This document shows positions 8,420-17,614 of a DNA stretch of 32,000 nt, piece after piece. The notes beneath the pieces were generated by a model, which was given only the letters and a program-made list of their open reading frames with translations, ran no database searches and had not been told where the DNA came from. Source of the DNA: Pseudodesulfovibrio piezophilus C1TLV30 (GTDB lineage: Bacteria > Desulfobacterota > Desulfovibrionia > Desulfovibrionales > Desulfovibrionaceae); assembly GCF_000341895.1 (NCBI RefSeq), contig NC_020409.1, positions 450,001-482,000 of the forward strand, given 5' to 3'. The stretch's first letter is position 1, and each line of letters starts with the position of its first letter. Made by a program: the position numbers and the translations under genes.

Positions 8420-8496
8420 TGGTAGCGAGGAGAGGACTTGAACCTCCGACTCTGCGGATATGAGCCGCATGCTCTAACCAACTGAGCTACCTCGCC
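8420..8496 (-). tRNA. tRNA-Met, elongator type (anticodon CAT; could be tRNA-Ile2 if lysidinylated)
   Basis: The reverse complement GGCGAGGTAGCTCAGTTGGTTAGAGCATGCGGCTCATATCCGCAGAGTCGGAGGTTCAAGTCCTCTCCTCGCTACCA folds as a cloverleaf. Anticodon loop is CTCATAT, T-loop is TTCAAGT, and CCA is encoded. It lacks the initiator features (no GGG/CCC in the anticodon stem). Confidence 0.9.
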
Positions 8497-8590
8497 ACTT
8501 GTTTTATTTCGCCGAAGCGGAGAAGTGTATAGACCGCCTGAGACTGCTTGGCAAGAGGAAAATTGAAAAAATTTAAATTTATGGAATTAA

Positions 8591-9382
8591 TCACAAAAAT
8601 AGCAAAATTATTGGAACTAACATCAGACGATATATAGCAAATGGACGTAGAGAGAGTTTGCCAAGAAGATAAATAAATCCCTTAATGGCACACCAGGCTG
8701 AAAGGAAGGATACGCTAAAACCTACTGAGAGGAAAAAAAGATCATTTGAGTTAAAAAGTTGGTAATTTTTTAAAAAATCATAGCCGGTCGCAGCAAACAT
8801 AATCGGGACTGCTGCTAGAAAGGAATATTCCGCAGCTACAGAGCGTTTTACACCAAGAAGCATTCCACCCATGATTGTTGCAGCAGAACGCGAAAAACCT
8901 GGCCACAGGGCTAAACATTGAAAGCAGCCAATTCCAAAAGCTAACCACGGTGATATTTCATCTACTGAAGAAATGCGCTCTCTCTTAGGCACCGATTCCA
9001 CGACAATAATCATGACAGCTCCAGCCCCAAGAGCCCATGCGACAGTGGTAGGACTGAAAAGATACAGTTTTATGTATTTATGTGTAAGAAGGCCAAGCAA
9101 GGAGGCTGGGATAGATGTCAGGAAAAGAAGATATATACCGTATTTCCCAGAGAATTTTATATTCTGCTTGGGTGTAAGCAATCCCCAAAATCTATCCCAG
9201 TACACAACGACCACAGCTAGAATTGCGCCGAGTTGGATAACTATATCAAATGTTTCAGCCTTAGCCCCTACGAACCCAAGAACATGGCCAGCGATAATCA
9301 GGTGACCTGTGCTTGAAACTGGAAGGAATTCAGTCATTCCTTCGATAATCCCCAAAATGATTGCAATATATAATGGCGGCAT
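8591..9382 (-). CDS. uppP: undecaprenyl-diphosphate phosphatase (BacA/UppP)
   Basis: 263 aa, polytopic. N-terminal signature EGMTEFLPVSSTGHLII and the C-terminal PGFSRSAATI motif are typical of UppP. SD GAGGAC sits upstream of the ATG. Confidence 0.92.
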   Translation of the reverse strand: MPPLYIAIILGIIEGMTEFLPVSSTGHLIIAGHVLGFVGAKAETFDIVIQLGAILAVVVVYWDRFWGLLTPKQNIKFSGKYGIYLLFLTSIPASLLGLLTHKYIKLYLFSPTTVAWALGAGAVMIIVVESVPKRERISSVDEISPWLAFGIGCFQCLALWPGFSRSAATIMGGMLLGVKRSVAAEYSFLAAVPIMFAATGYDFLKNYQLFNSNDLFFLSVGFSVSFLSAWCAIKGFIYLLGKLSLRPFAIYRLMLVPIILLFL

Positions 9383-9506
9383 AAAGTCCTCGTCAGAGTG
9401 GAGTAAAAGAGGGTAGAATAAAGAGGGCTATCTCAAGAAACCGTCTCTTGCAAGCCCTTGAAAGGTGATGTATTTCCTGACTGAATCAATTAAAAGTAGA
9501 GGAAGT

Positions 9507-9695
9507 ATGGCAACAATAATTACCCAAAATGAATTGACACGCAAAGCGGTCGCCTGGATTAGTGAGCAAATTCAAGTCAATGACATTCTTTATTCGCACT
9601 ATTTATTAGAGAAAGCTGCCGTGCGGTTTAATCTGAGTCCTAAAGATGTGGATTTTCTTCAACGGTTTTATAGGGAAGAACAAGGTTTAGTTTAA
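9507..9695 (+). CDS. small hypothetical protein (62 aa) upstream of lptF
   Basis: The ATG at 9507 is preceded by AGAGGAAG, which I prefer over the track start at 9465. Product is MATIITQNELTRKAVAWISEQIQVNDILYSHYLLEKAAVRFNLSPKDVDFLQRFYREEQGLV, with no TM segment. The stop lies 2 nt before the lptF GTG. No family recognised. Confidence 0.5.
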   Translation: MATIITQNELTRKAVAWISEQIQVNDILYSHYLLEKAAVRFNLSPKDVDFLQRFYREEQGLV

Positions 9696-9697
9696 CT

Positions 9698-10864
9698 GTG
9701 AAATTACTTCATAAACAAATCTTTTTCGAGCTACTGCGTCTTTTTGGTCTCACTGTTTCCTGCTTGCTTGGCTTAATACTGATTGGGCGGATGCTCCAAC
9801 TGAGAAGTCTTTTTCTGTCTCAGAATATTGGTTTTTTCAATATTTTACAGTTGTTCTTTTTTCTTATGCCTTTTTTCCTCCTATTGATAACTCCGATCGC
9901 AACGATGCTGAGTGTGTTTTTGACATTTCTCAGAATGAGTACAGATAATGAATTGACTGCACTCAAGGCTAATGGGGTCAGTCTTTATAAAATGCTTCCA
10001 GCACCAATCTTATTTTGTACTCTATGTACACTTTTTACGTTTGCCATATCTTTCTGGGGACTTGCCTGGGGCATGGATATGTTTAAAGTAAAACTTTATG
10101 ATTTCGCAAAAACTCATTCAAAATTCGCGTTGCAACCGGGTGTCTTCAATAAGGAATTCCCAGGTATTACTTTCTATGCGCATCAGGTTGATAATGAGAA
10201 AGGGGAGTTGAAGTTTGCTTTTGTCAGGGATGAATCAATTAAAGGGACTTCAGTCATTGTTACTGCTCCCGAGGCGAGAATAGTCTCAACGCCGGAGACA
10301 GCTGAAGTGAAAGTCATATTCAACAAAGGTAAAATTTTCCGTCAAGATGGAGACGAATTAAATATACTCAAATTCGGAACTTATTCAGTCAAATTAGATC
10401 TTGGGAAACTTCTTGGAGGTTTTAATTTTACTGAACAAAAAGCGAAAGATATGACATTCGAACGCCTGAGTGAGATTAGAAGAATGCCTTCCTCGGCTCC
10501 ATCCGCATCCCCTCGTTTTTATAGGAAGGTTGATACTGAGTATTTCAAAAGGTTAACTCTTCCCTTGGGATGTCTCATTTTGGGGCTATTTGCTATCCCG
10601 ATAGCGTATGTTTTTCGAGGACTAAAGCAACAATATGGGCTTGTAATGGCTATGGGACTTTTTTTGGTGTATTATTCAATGTTTTCTATAGGGGTAAGTA
10701 TGGGGGAATCCGGCTCAATTCCGCCGATTTATGGCCTTTGGCTGCCCAACATTCTTTATGTATTAATCGCCTTATTGGGTATTAAATATGCGAATGAAGA
10801 GCGAACTCTCCCCGTTGTTGACTGGATTACGCATATGAAAAGTAAGGGGGGCCTAAGTACATGA
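9698..10864 (+). CDS. lptF: LPS export ABC transporter permease LptF (YjgP/YjgQ family)
   Basis: 388 aa, GTG start. N-terminus LLHKQIFFELLRLFGLTV... followed by three TM segments, a ~150-aa periplasmic beta-jellyroll-like insert, and three C-terminal TM segments. Paired with a second permease of the same family. Confidence 0.85.
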   Translation: MKLLHKQIFFELLRLFGLTVSCLLGLILIGRMLQLRSLFLSQNIGFFNILQLFFFLMPFFLLLITPIATMLSVFLTFLRMSTDNELTALKANGVSLYKMLPAPILFCTLCTLFTFAISFWGLAWGMDMFKVKLYDFAKTHSKFALQPGVFNKEFPGITFYAHQVDNEKGELKFAFVRDESIKGTSVIVTAPEARIVSTPETAEVKVIFNKGKIFRQDGDELNILKFGTYSVKLDLGKLLGGFNFTEQKAKDMTFERLSEIRRMPSSAPSASPRFYRKVDTEYFKRLTLPLGCLILGLFAIPIAYVFRGLKQQYGLVMAMGLFLVYYSMFSIGVSMGESGSIPPIYGLWLPNILYVLIALLGIKYANEERTLPVVDWITHMKSKGGLST

Positions 10865-12000
10865 GGGCTTTGGGAATAGGAGTCTTACCCCGCTATCTTA
10901 TTAGGCAGAACCTCTATCTTATGATGATCTGCCTCTCTGCTGGAACGTGTATTTATTTGCTTTCAGATGTCTTTGATCGTCTTGATGATTTTATTCGCGC
11001 GGGATTAGGTGCTGAAACAATACTGTTCTATTTCTTTGTCAAAATACCTCTGATTGTTTCGCAATTGCTTCCAGCTATTTTTCTTCTGTCTATGGTGATC
11101 CAATTAGGCATACTCAACAAAAGCAGAGAAATGCTTGCCTTGCGGGCCGGTGGAGTTTCCTTTGCATGGTTTATTCGATTTTTCTTGATATATGCTGTCG
11201 TGTGGAGTTGTGGACAGCTTGTCTTCTCTCAATTTCTTGGGGTTTTTGGCGAAGTGGAAGCCAATCGTATTTGGAAAGAAGATGTTCATAACAAGCATCT
11301 AGATGAACTGACGATTAAAGATCTCTGGTTTCGAGATGGTCCATTTATCGTTCTTGCTCAAGAGGCGTATCCTGGAAAGAATAGGGCCGTTGGAGTTACT
11401 GTATATGAATTTGCCACGGATAATCAGGAGCTTATCCGTATCCTGCAAGCCAAGAAAGCCCTTATTGATGATAACGGTTGGGGATTGCTTGATGTTCATG
11501 AACTCGATACGAGAACATTTGTGTCAGTTCATCGACTTTCACAGTTTTTGTCTGTGCGTCAGAATCTTAAGGCGTATGCAGCAGTGGAACTCAAAGGAAA
11601 TAAGGCGCAACTTCCTTTATTTGAATTGTCAAAAGCAATTACAAAATTAGAGGAATCCGGTTCAAATGTAGAGATCCTGAAAACAGCGTGGCATGGAAAA
11701 TGGGCATATGCTTTTTCCATTGCAACCATGGCGCTTCTTGCCCTTGCTTTGGTTACTTTTTCAGAGAATATTTATGCAAATATAGGGATCTCTTTAATTC
11801 TGATTTTTATACAATATGGAATTCATGTCGTAGGCGCGACAGCGGGAGAGAAAGGGGTATTGACCCCTCTTCTCGCAGCGTGGATGGGGAATATTGTTAT
11901 GGGAGGTGGGGCCTCTCTCAGGCTTGCATGGGTTGCCTTGCCAGGCTTTCAGTCTTCATTTCGTGGATGGGTTGTGGGTAGGCTTCCTTCAAAGGCTTAG
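10861..12000 (+). CDS. lptG: LPS export ABC transporter permease LptG (YjgP/YjgQ family)
   Basis: 379 aa with the same topology as lptF (LPRYLIRQNLYLMMICL...). The ATG overlaps the lptF stop (ATGA at 10861-10864), indicating translational coupling. Confidence 0.85.
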   Translation: MRALGIGVLPRYLIRQNLYLMMICLSAGTCIYLLSDVFDRLDDFIRAGLGAETILFYFFVKIPLIVSQLLPAIFLLSMVIQLGILNKSREMLALRAGGVSFAWFIRFFLIYAVVWSCGQLVFSQFLGVFGEVEANRIWKEDVHNKHLDELTIKDLWFRDGPFIVLAQEAYPGKNRAVGVTVYEFATDNQELIRILQAKKALIDDNGWGLLDVHELDTRTFVSVHRLSQFLSVRQNLKAYAAVELKGNKAQLPLFELSKAITKLEESGSNVEILKTAWHGKWAYAFSIATMALLALALVTFSENIYANIGISLILIFIQYGIHVVGATAGEKGVLTPLLAAWMGNIVMGGGASLRLAWVALPGFQSSFRGWVVGRLPSKA

Positions 12001-12001
12001 T

Positions 12002-12583
12002 TTAAGGCGTTGCATACTCTGCAAAAAGCTCCCATAATTTGTCCTCTCCCATGCCTGTTTTGCTTGAAAAGCACAGTGGTGCCTTTTCCTGCTGGAGAAT
12101 ATCCTTCCACTGATTTTGGAGCTTAGCTCTTTCCCGTTGTTTGGGCTTATCTGATTTGGTCAAGATTGGAATTACTGGGATTCCTATACTTTTGAGATAG
12201 GATGTTAATTCAATATCCAGTTTCTGAGGCTCTAAGCGAGAATCAAGAAGTACTGCAACCGCTCGAAGTTGATGGTTGTTTTTCATGTACGCTTCTATGA
12301 GATTTGCCCATTTAGCACGTTCCGTTTTTGAACATTTAGCATATCCGTATCCGGGTAAATCAACAAGGTAGAACCCGTCAGGATCGACCCGATAATAATT
12401 GAGACTCCGGGTTTTCCCTGGCTTAGAGCTAATTTTTGCTAATTTTTTACGCCCAGCCAGTTTATTAACAAGAGACGACTTTCCGACATTAGAACGCCCA
12501 GCCAAAGCTATCTGAACTTCCGGGAAGTCCTCAAGCTGCTTGATTTCGTATATTGTTTTGACTAACTCAATGGTTCGGTTCAT
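12002..12583 (-). CDS. engB: ribosome-biogenesis GTPase EngB/YsxC/YihA
   Basis: G1 [10 protein letters not shown]3 DLPGYGYA, G4 TKSDK. I start it at Met73 of the track ORF (MNRTIELVK...). That leaves ~24 residues before the P-loop, as in E. coli EngB, and avoids overlapping aroQ and its SD. Alternative starts at 12703 or 12799 are not excluded. Confidence 0.85.
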   Translation of the reverse strand: MNRTIELVKTIYEIKQLEDFPEVQIALAGRSNVGKSSLVNKLAGRKKLAKISSKPGKTRSLNYYRVDPDGFYLVDLPGYGYAKCSKTERAKWANLIEAYMKNNHQLRAVAVLLDSRLEPQKLDIELTSYLKSIGIPVIPILTKSDKPKQRERAKLQNQWKDILQQEKAPLCFSSKTGMGEDKLWELFAEYATP

Positions 12584-12701
12584 AAAGAGGTACCGTTTTG
12601 CTGTTGATGTTTGTGGAACGACAATGTTCTCTTTTTGAGCCACTGAGTCAAGCTGTGCGTACTCTTTTCCGTCAGCCTTTTTCTCTAGATCTGAGGGTAT
12701 C

Positions 12702-13181
12702 ATGAATAAGCTTAAAATATTAATGTTGAATGGTCCTAACTTGGGATATATTGGCAAAAGGCAGCCTGAAATATATGGTTCCCAAACAATGGAAGACATG
12801 CCGTCCCTCCTTGATCAGGTTATGGGAGACAGGGCTCTTGATATTGAATTGGAATTTTATCAATCCAACTGCGAAGGGGCCTTGATCGATAGGCTTGAAA
12901 AAGCCTGGAAAAATGGAGTAGATGGTATAGTGTTTAATGCAGGTGCTTATACCCATACCAGTCTGGCTCTTGCCGATTGCCTGGCCTGGATTGAGATTCC
13001 CTGCATTGAGGTTCACATCAGCAATATATGGGCGCGAATGGATCAACCTTTACGCCAGCAGTCAATAATGGGTGGGCAGTGCCATGGTGTTATTGCCGGT
13101 TTTGGCATTCTGGGGTATGCCCTTGCCACTTTGGCGCTCCATGAGCATCTTCTCGGTACCAACAACCCCCTATCGGCCTAG
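12702..13181 (+). CDS. aroQ: type II 3-dehydroquinate dehydratase
   Basis: 159 aa. Motifs [23 protein letters not shown] and EVHISNI. SD TGAGGG lies 6 nt upstream. Confidence 0.92.
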   Translation: MNKLKILMLNGPNLGYIGKRQPEIYGSQTMEDMPSLLDQVMGDRALDIELEFYQSNCEGALIDRLEKAWKNGVDGIVFNAGAYTHTSLALADCLAWIEIPCIEVHISNIWARMDQPLRQQSIMGGQCHGVIAGFGILGYALATLALHEHLLGTNNPLSA

Positions 13182-13207
13182 CCGTAAAAAATGAATTCGG
13201 AGAAAAT

Positions 13208-13765
13208 ATGATTTCAACCAAGGATTTCAGGACAGGCCTGAAAATTGAAATAGACAGTAAACCCTTTGAGATTGTCGAATTCCAGCACTTTAAGCCGGGC
13301 AAGGGCGGAGCTATGATCAGAACCAAGCTTCGTCAATTGAAAACCGGACAAATGCTGGATAAGACTTTCCGTTCAGGTGAAAAGGTCAAAAAGCCAGATA
13401 TGGCAGTTGTCGAACAGCAGTTCATATATAAAGATGGTACTGACTTTGTATTCATGGATCTTGAGAGTTATGAACAGATGAATGTGCCAGGAGAAGCGGT
13501 TGGTGAAACAGGTGGCTTCATCAAAGAAGGTGATACAGTCAAGGTCCTTCTGTATAATGGGGAGCTTATTGGCGTGGATTTGCCAGCTAATGTCAACCTG
13601 ACAGTTACGCAAACTGACCCGGGAGTGCAGGGAGATCGTGTCAGCAACGCAACCAAACCTGCTACGATGGAAACTGGCCTTGTTGTTCAGGTACCACTTT
13701 TTATTAACGAGGGCGACGTTATTAAAGTGGATACCAGAAGTAGCGAGTATCTTGGTCGCGAATAG
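13208..13765 (+). CDS. efp: translation elongation factor P
   Basis: 185 aa. N-terminal MISTKDFRTGLKIEIDSKPFEIVEFQHFKPGKGGAMIRTKLR, with the modified-loop Lys in KPGKGGA. SD GGAGAA upstream. Confidence 0.95.
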   Translation: MISTKDFRTGLKIEIDSKPFEIVEFQHFKPGKGGAMIRTKLRQLKTGQMLDKTFRSGEKVKKPDMAVVEQQFIYKDGTDFVFMDLESYEQMNVPGEAVGETGGFIKEGDTVKVLLYNGELIGVDLPANVNLTVTQTDPGVQGDRVSNATKPATMETGLVVQVPLFINEGDVIKVDTRSSEYLGRE

Positions 13766-13797
13766 ACTGAATTTGCAACACTCTGTGAAATTTGCGT

Positions 13798-13837
13798 AAA
13801 AAGGTCGTGGGCAGCTCTCTGTCCAGGACCTTTTTTT
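13798..13837 (+). terminator. rho-independent terminator after efp
   Basis: Stem GGTCGTGG / CCAGGACC (13803-13810 / 13823-13830, one mismatch), extendable inward (GCAG / CTGT). Followed by TTTTTTT (13831-13837). Confidence 0.55.
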
Positions 13838-13853
13838 CGGAAGCGAGGAATAT

Positions 13854-16073
13854 ATGGCTCAACGTACTACATCTGCTCAATTAAAAGGTAAGGGGCGAAG
13901 GAGGGAGTTTATTGGTTTATTCTTTCTTTTTCTTTCTGCTTTTTTGTTTTTGAGTGTCTTGTCTTTCCATTCCAAAGACCCCAGTTTCAACCAAGCTGTG
14001 AGCATCGGGGGGAAAGTTCAGAATGTTGTTGGACTTGCTGGAGCCTATTGTGCAGGGTTTCTCGTTGAAATATTCGGATTGGGTGCACTGGCATGGCCAT
14101 TCTATTTTTTGTACATTGGACTTTCTCGTTTTGTCTCACGAATACGAATGTCTGCAATTCACTGGATCGGTGCGCTAGGTCTTTTTATTTCATTTGAAGC
14201 ATGGGCTTCTCATCCTTGGATCTACACAGTCCCTGCAGATGCTTATGGATTAATGGGGGGAGGCTTTTTGGGAAGTGAGATTCTTTCACGATTTACACTG
14301 CCCTATTTACGGCCTTTAGGAGCTTTCCTTTTATGGACTTTTATTACTGTTATATCACTCCAGGCAGTTATAGGCTTTACATGGGAATCTCTCTGGGAGC
14401 TTCTGTGCCTTTGGTGGAATCGATATAACAAAGGGGCTCAAGATCGTCGGCAACAGAGAAGAGAGCGCCGAACAGCTCAACAGAGTGGGGAAAAAAAGAA
14501 TCTTCAAAAGGGAAAAAATCTTGAAGCTGACTTAGATTTGGAATTCGTGGATTTGGATCAAATAAATTCTTCGAAGAAAAAATCTAAAAAAAATGGTTCA
14601 TCAAAGAAAAAGATACCATCATCGTCTGTGAGAGCTACGGGGGGTGGAGACCTGCCAAGTACCGATCTTCTTTCTTCTCCACCAGAGCAGCGTACCACGC
14701 AAACTCCTGAAGTCTTGCAACCTCTTGCTGACAGACTCAAGGAATGCCTTAATGATTTTAATGTTCAGGGTGAAATCCAACAGGTTGTCCCTGGGCCGGT
14801 TGTGACGATGTTTGAGTTTAAGCCAGCACCGGGTGTTAAAGTCAGTAAAATCGAAAATTTAACAGATGACATTGCTCTTGCTCTCAAGGCCGAATCTGTG
14901 CGTATCGAAGCGCCTATTCCTGGAAAAGATAGTGTGGGAATTGAAATTCCCAATATTGATCGTGAAATTGTCTATCTTCGAGAAGTCCTCGAGTCTCGTG
15001 AGTTCACCAAAAGTGAATCTCCCCTGACATTGGCATTAGGCAAAGATATTCACGGAGCTGTCCGAACTGCTGATTTGGCGAAAATGCCTCACTTACTTGT
15101 TGCTGGTGCCACTGGAGCAGGTAAATCTGTAGGAATAAATGGTTTTTTATTGAGCTTGTTGTATAAAGCCGGTCCAGACAAAGTGAAACTGCTTCTCGTC
15201 GATCCTAAGCGTATCGAACTTGCTCCATATGCAGAACTTCCACATCTGGTACATCCTGTTGTGACTGAGATGAACCTTGCGAAAAGTGCACTGGAGTGGG
15301 CTGTTTTTGAAATGGATTGTCGATATCAGAAAATGGCTCAATTGGGAGTTCGCAATATTGAGGGGTACAACAAGAAACTGGATTCATTTGGCGGAACTCT
15401 CCCGGAAGAATTTGAACATATGAAGCCAATGCCATATTTGGTCATCATCATAGATGAATTGGCTGATTTGATGATGACAGCAGCAAAAGATGTCGAGCAG
15501 TGCATTGTCCGATTGGCCCAATTGGCACGGGCAGCCGGAATCCATTTGATCCTTGCCACACAACGCCCAAGTGTCGACGTTGTCACTGGTTTGATTAAAG
15601 CAAACTTTCCCACTCGTATTTCTTTTTTCGTAACTTCGAAGTTTGACTCACGAACTATTCTGGATGCGGTTGGTTCCGAACGTCTGCTAGGGAAGGGAGA
15701 TATGCTTTTTAAACCCAGCGGGGGGAAACTGAAGCGTATGCATGGAGCCTACGTTGATGAAACAGAAATTGCACAAGTTGTAAAATTCTGGAAAGAGAAT
15801 GTACCTCAGGATTTTCAGCTTGATTTTGCTGATTGGAAAAAAGAAACAAGCGGTCCTGGCGGGACTGGCGGTGTGGGGCAATCTGATGACCCTGTATATG
15901 ATGAGGCTGTAGAATTTGTACTTGGCCAGGGAAAAGCTTCAATTTCACTTCTGCAACGTCGTTTTAGAATTGGATTTAACAGGGCAGCAAGATATATTGA
16001 GCAAATGGAGATGGATGGCATCCTGGGACCACAGGAAGGCAGCAAGCCTCGCAAAGTGATTGGCGCGGAATAA
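13854..16073 (+). CDS. ftsK: DNA translocase FtsK
   Basis: 739 aa. N-terminal TM segments and a K/S/Q-rich linker. Motor domain with Walker A GATGAGKS and Walker B LVIIIDELADLM. C-terminal gamma winged helix (ASISLLQRRFRIGFNRAARYIEQME). Confidence 0.93.
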   Translation: MAQRTTSAQLKGKGRRREFIGLFFLFLSAFLFLSVLSFHSKDPSFNQAVSIGGKVQNVVGLAGAYCAGFLVEIFGLGALAWPFYFLYIGLSRFVSRIRMSAIHWIGALGLFISFEAWASHPWIYTVPADAYGLMGGGFLGSEILSRFTLPYLRPLGAFLLWTFITVISLQAVIGFTWESLWELLCLWWNRYNKGAQDRRQQRRERRTAQQSGEKKNLQKGKNLEADLDLEFVDLDQINSSKKKSKKNGSSKKKIPSSSVRATGGGDLPSTDLLSSPPEQRTTQTPEVLQPLADRLKECLNDFNVQGEIQQVVPGPVVTMFEFKPAPGVKVSKIENLTDDIALALKAESVRIEAPIPGKDSVGIEIPNIDREIVYLREVLESREFTKSESPLTLALGKDIHGAVRTADLAKMPHLLVAGATGAGKSVGINGFLLSLLYKAGPDKVKLLLVDPKRIELAPYAELPHLVHPVVTEMNLAKSALEWAVFEMDCRYQKMAQLGVRNIEGYNKKLDSFGGTLPEEFEHMKPMPYLVIIIDELADLMMTAAKDVEQCIVRLAQLARAAGIHLILATQRPSVDVVTGLIKANFPTRISFFVTSKFDSRTILDAVGSERLLGKGDMLFKPSGGKLKRMHGAYVDETEIAQVVKFWKENVPQDFQLDFADWKKETSGPGGTGGVGQSDDPVYDEAVEFVLGQGKASISLLQRRFRIGFNRAARYIEQMEMDGILGPQEGSKPRKVIGAE

Positions 16074-16087
16074 GTGGAGATTGTTGA

Positions 16088-16780
16088 ATGTTGAGAAAAT
16101 ATTGGATCGTTGTTTTTGTTTTGATTAATTGTTTTTTTGTTTGCAACGCATGGGGAGCAGAGCAGGATTCTGCAAATCAATTCGCTGAACGTATTCAGAA
16201 GCGCTATGAAAAAATAAAGACATTCCAAGCTGAGTTTACACAAGAATTAACGAATGTTGCTAGTGGTGAAGTCGATAAACGGAAAGGCCAAATATGGTTT
16301 AAACAACCATCACAAGTGCGGTGGGAAACCTTGGAACCGGAAAAAGAGCTACTGGTCGTTGGTCCTGAGTTCGCATGGGACTATATTGCAGATGAAGAAC
16401 TCGCATTGAAGTATGATGTGGCAACACTTTTTAATTCAAAAACAATTCTTCGTTTTATTTCCGGACAGGCGCGGCTTAATGACGATTTCATCGTCAAAAC
16501 TGATTGGCAGGGATCAGAAGCTGTGAAGACTCGATGGGGGAAAGGGTGCATTGTCCTGCAACTCATCCCTAAAGAAGCAGAACCCGGACTTGTGATGGCT
16601 TATATTGGAGTTGAGCCGGATACTGGGATATTGCGCAAAGTTATGATTGTTGATTTTTATGGAAATGGAAATGAAGTGCAGTTGAATGATATTAAACTGA
16701 ACATTGATTTCCCCACATCAATGTTTTCTTTTTTCCCGCCAGAAGGAACAACAATAGAAGATAATACCCAAGGATTTTAA
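16088..16780 (+). CDS. lolA: outer-membrane lipoprotein carrier protein LolA
   Basis: 230 aa with a signal peptide (VVFVLINCFFVCNAWGA). LolA-like pattern (RYEKIKTFQAEFTQ ... GQIWFKQPSQVRWE). Conserved ftsK-lolA synteny as in E. coli. Confidence 0.8.
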   Translation: MLRKYWIVVFVLINCFFVCNAWGAEQDSANQFAERIQKRYEKIKTFQAEFTQELTNVASGEVDKRKGQIWFKQPSQVRWETLEPEKELLVVGPEFAWDYIADEELALKYDVATLFNSKTILRFISGQARLNDDFIVKTDWQGSEAVKTRWGKGCIVLQLIPKEAEPGLVMAYIGVEPDTGILRKVMIVDFYGNGNEVQLNDIKLNIDFPTSMFSFFPPEGTTIEDNTQGF

Positions 16781-17529
16781 TTCATCTTTACGGCTTTTTT
16801 AAGCGCAAGCATTTCACTTGAGGACAATTCTCGCCATTGTCCTCTTTTTAATTTTCCTAGTTCAATAGGGCCTTGTTTGATTCTGTGCAATCGCAAAATC
16901 GTGAGTTCAAATTCATCACACATACGTCTGATTTGGCGATTTATTCCTTGGATAAGACTTAACTCCATTGTCTGCGTGCCCGCGACAGGTTTCTGACAAA
17001 CAACATGCACAGGAGCGAGTTGCTCGCCATTTTTCAAAGTCATTCCAGAACGCATGGTGTGAAGCATTTTCTCAGGAATCCTCCCCCTGACTGTTACCGT
17101 ATAGATTTTTGGAAGGTGGTATTTCGGATGCGTTAGGCGGTAGCAGAGATCTCCATCTGTTGTTAGGAGCAACAAGCCTTCGGAATAGTAATCAAGGCGC
17201 CCGACAGGAAAAGGCCGTAAGGCTTGTATTTCACGAGGAAGTAGGTCGAGTACTGTCTGCCTGTTTTGTGGATCATTGACAGTGGTCACAGTCTCTATCG
17301 GTTTATGCAGCATAATTGTGAGGGCTTGCCCCTGAGAAGGGAGACGAAGAGGCTGCCCATTAAATATGACCGTATCAGATGCTGGATCAACTTTGATTCC
17401 AGGCGAATCGGCGACAATTCCATTGACAGTGATTGTTCCGTTGAAAACAAGTTCATCCGCCCCCCTTCGAGAGGTCACACCGGATTGAGCGATAAATTTA
17501 TTGAGACGTATTTTTACTTTTTTTTCCAT
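16777..17529 (-). CDS. RNA pseudouridine synthase, RsuA/RluB family, with S4 domain
   Basis: S4 domain IRLNKFIAQSGVTSRRGADELVFNGTITVNG and catalytic GRLDYYSEGLLLLTTDG. I start at MEKKVKIRLNKF (ATG 17529-17527) rather than 17640, which would overlap the upstream gene by 26 nt. Confidence 0.85.
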   Translation of the reverse strand: MEKKVKIRLNKFIAQSGVTSRRGADELVFNGTITVNGIVADSPGIKVDPASDTVIFNGQPLRLPSQGQALTIMLHKPIETVTTVNDPQNRQTVLDLLPREIQALRPFPVGRLDYYSEGLLLLTTDGDLCYRLTHPKYHLPKIYTVTVRGRIPEKMLHTMRSGMTLKNGEQLAPVHVVCQKPVAGTQTMELSLIQGINRQIRRMCDEFELTILRLHRIKQGPIELGKLKRGQWRELSSSEMLALKKAVKMN

Positions 17530-17614
17530 GGTCGCTCTTAAGCTCATGCCAAAAGGTTGAGGAGAACATACGCAACGAGTTGATCGACTCAACTCGTTGC
17601 GAGTGATCATCGTT

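Noticed and set aside
12584-12799. N-terminal extension of EngB overlapping aroQ, including a CATG at 12701-12704 that would give back-to-back divergent start codons
   Set aside because: The extension has no SD and no similarity to EngB N-termini. It would cover the aroQ SD and start. Met73 gives a canonical-length GTPase. It is kept only as an alternative start.
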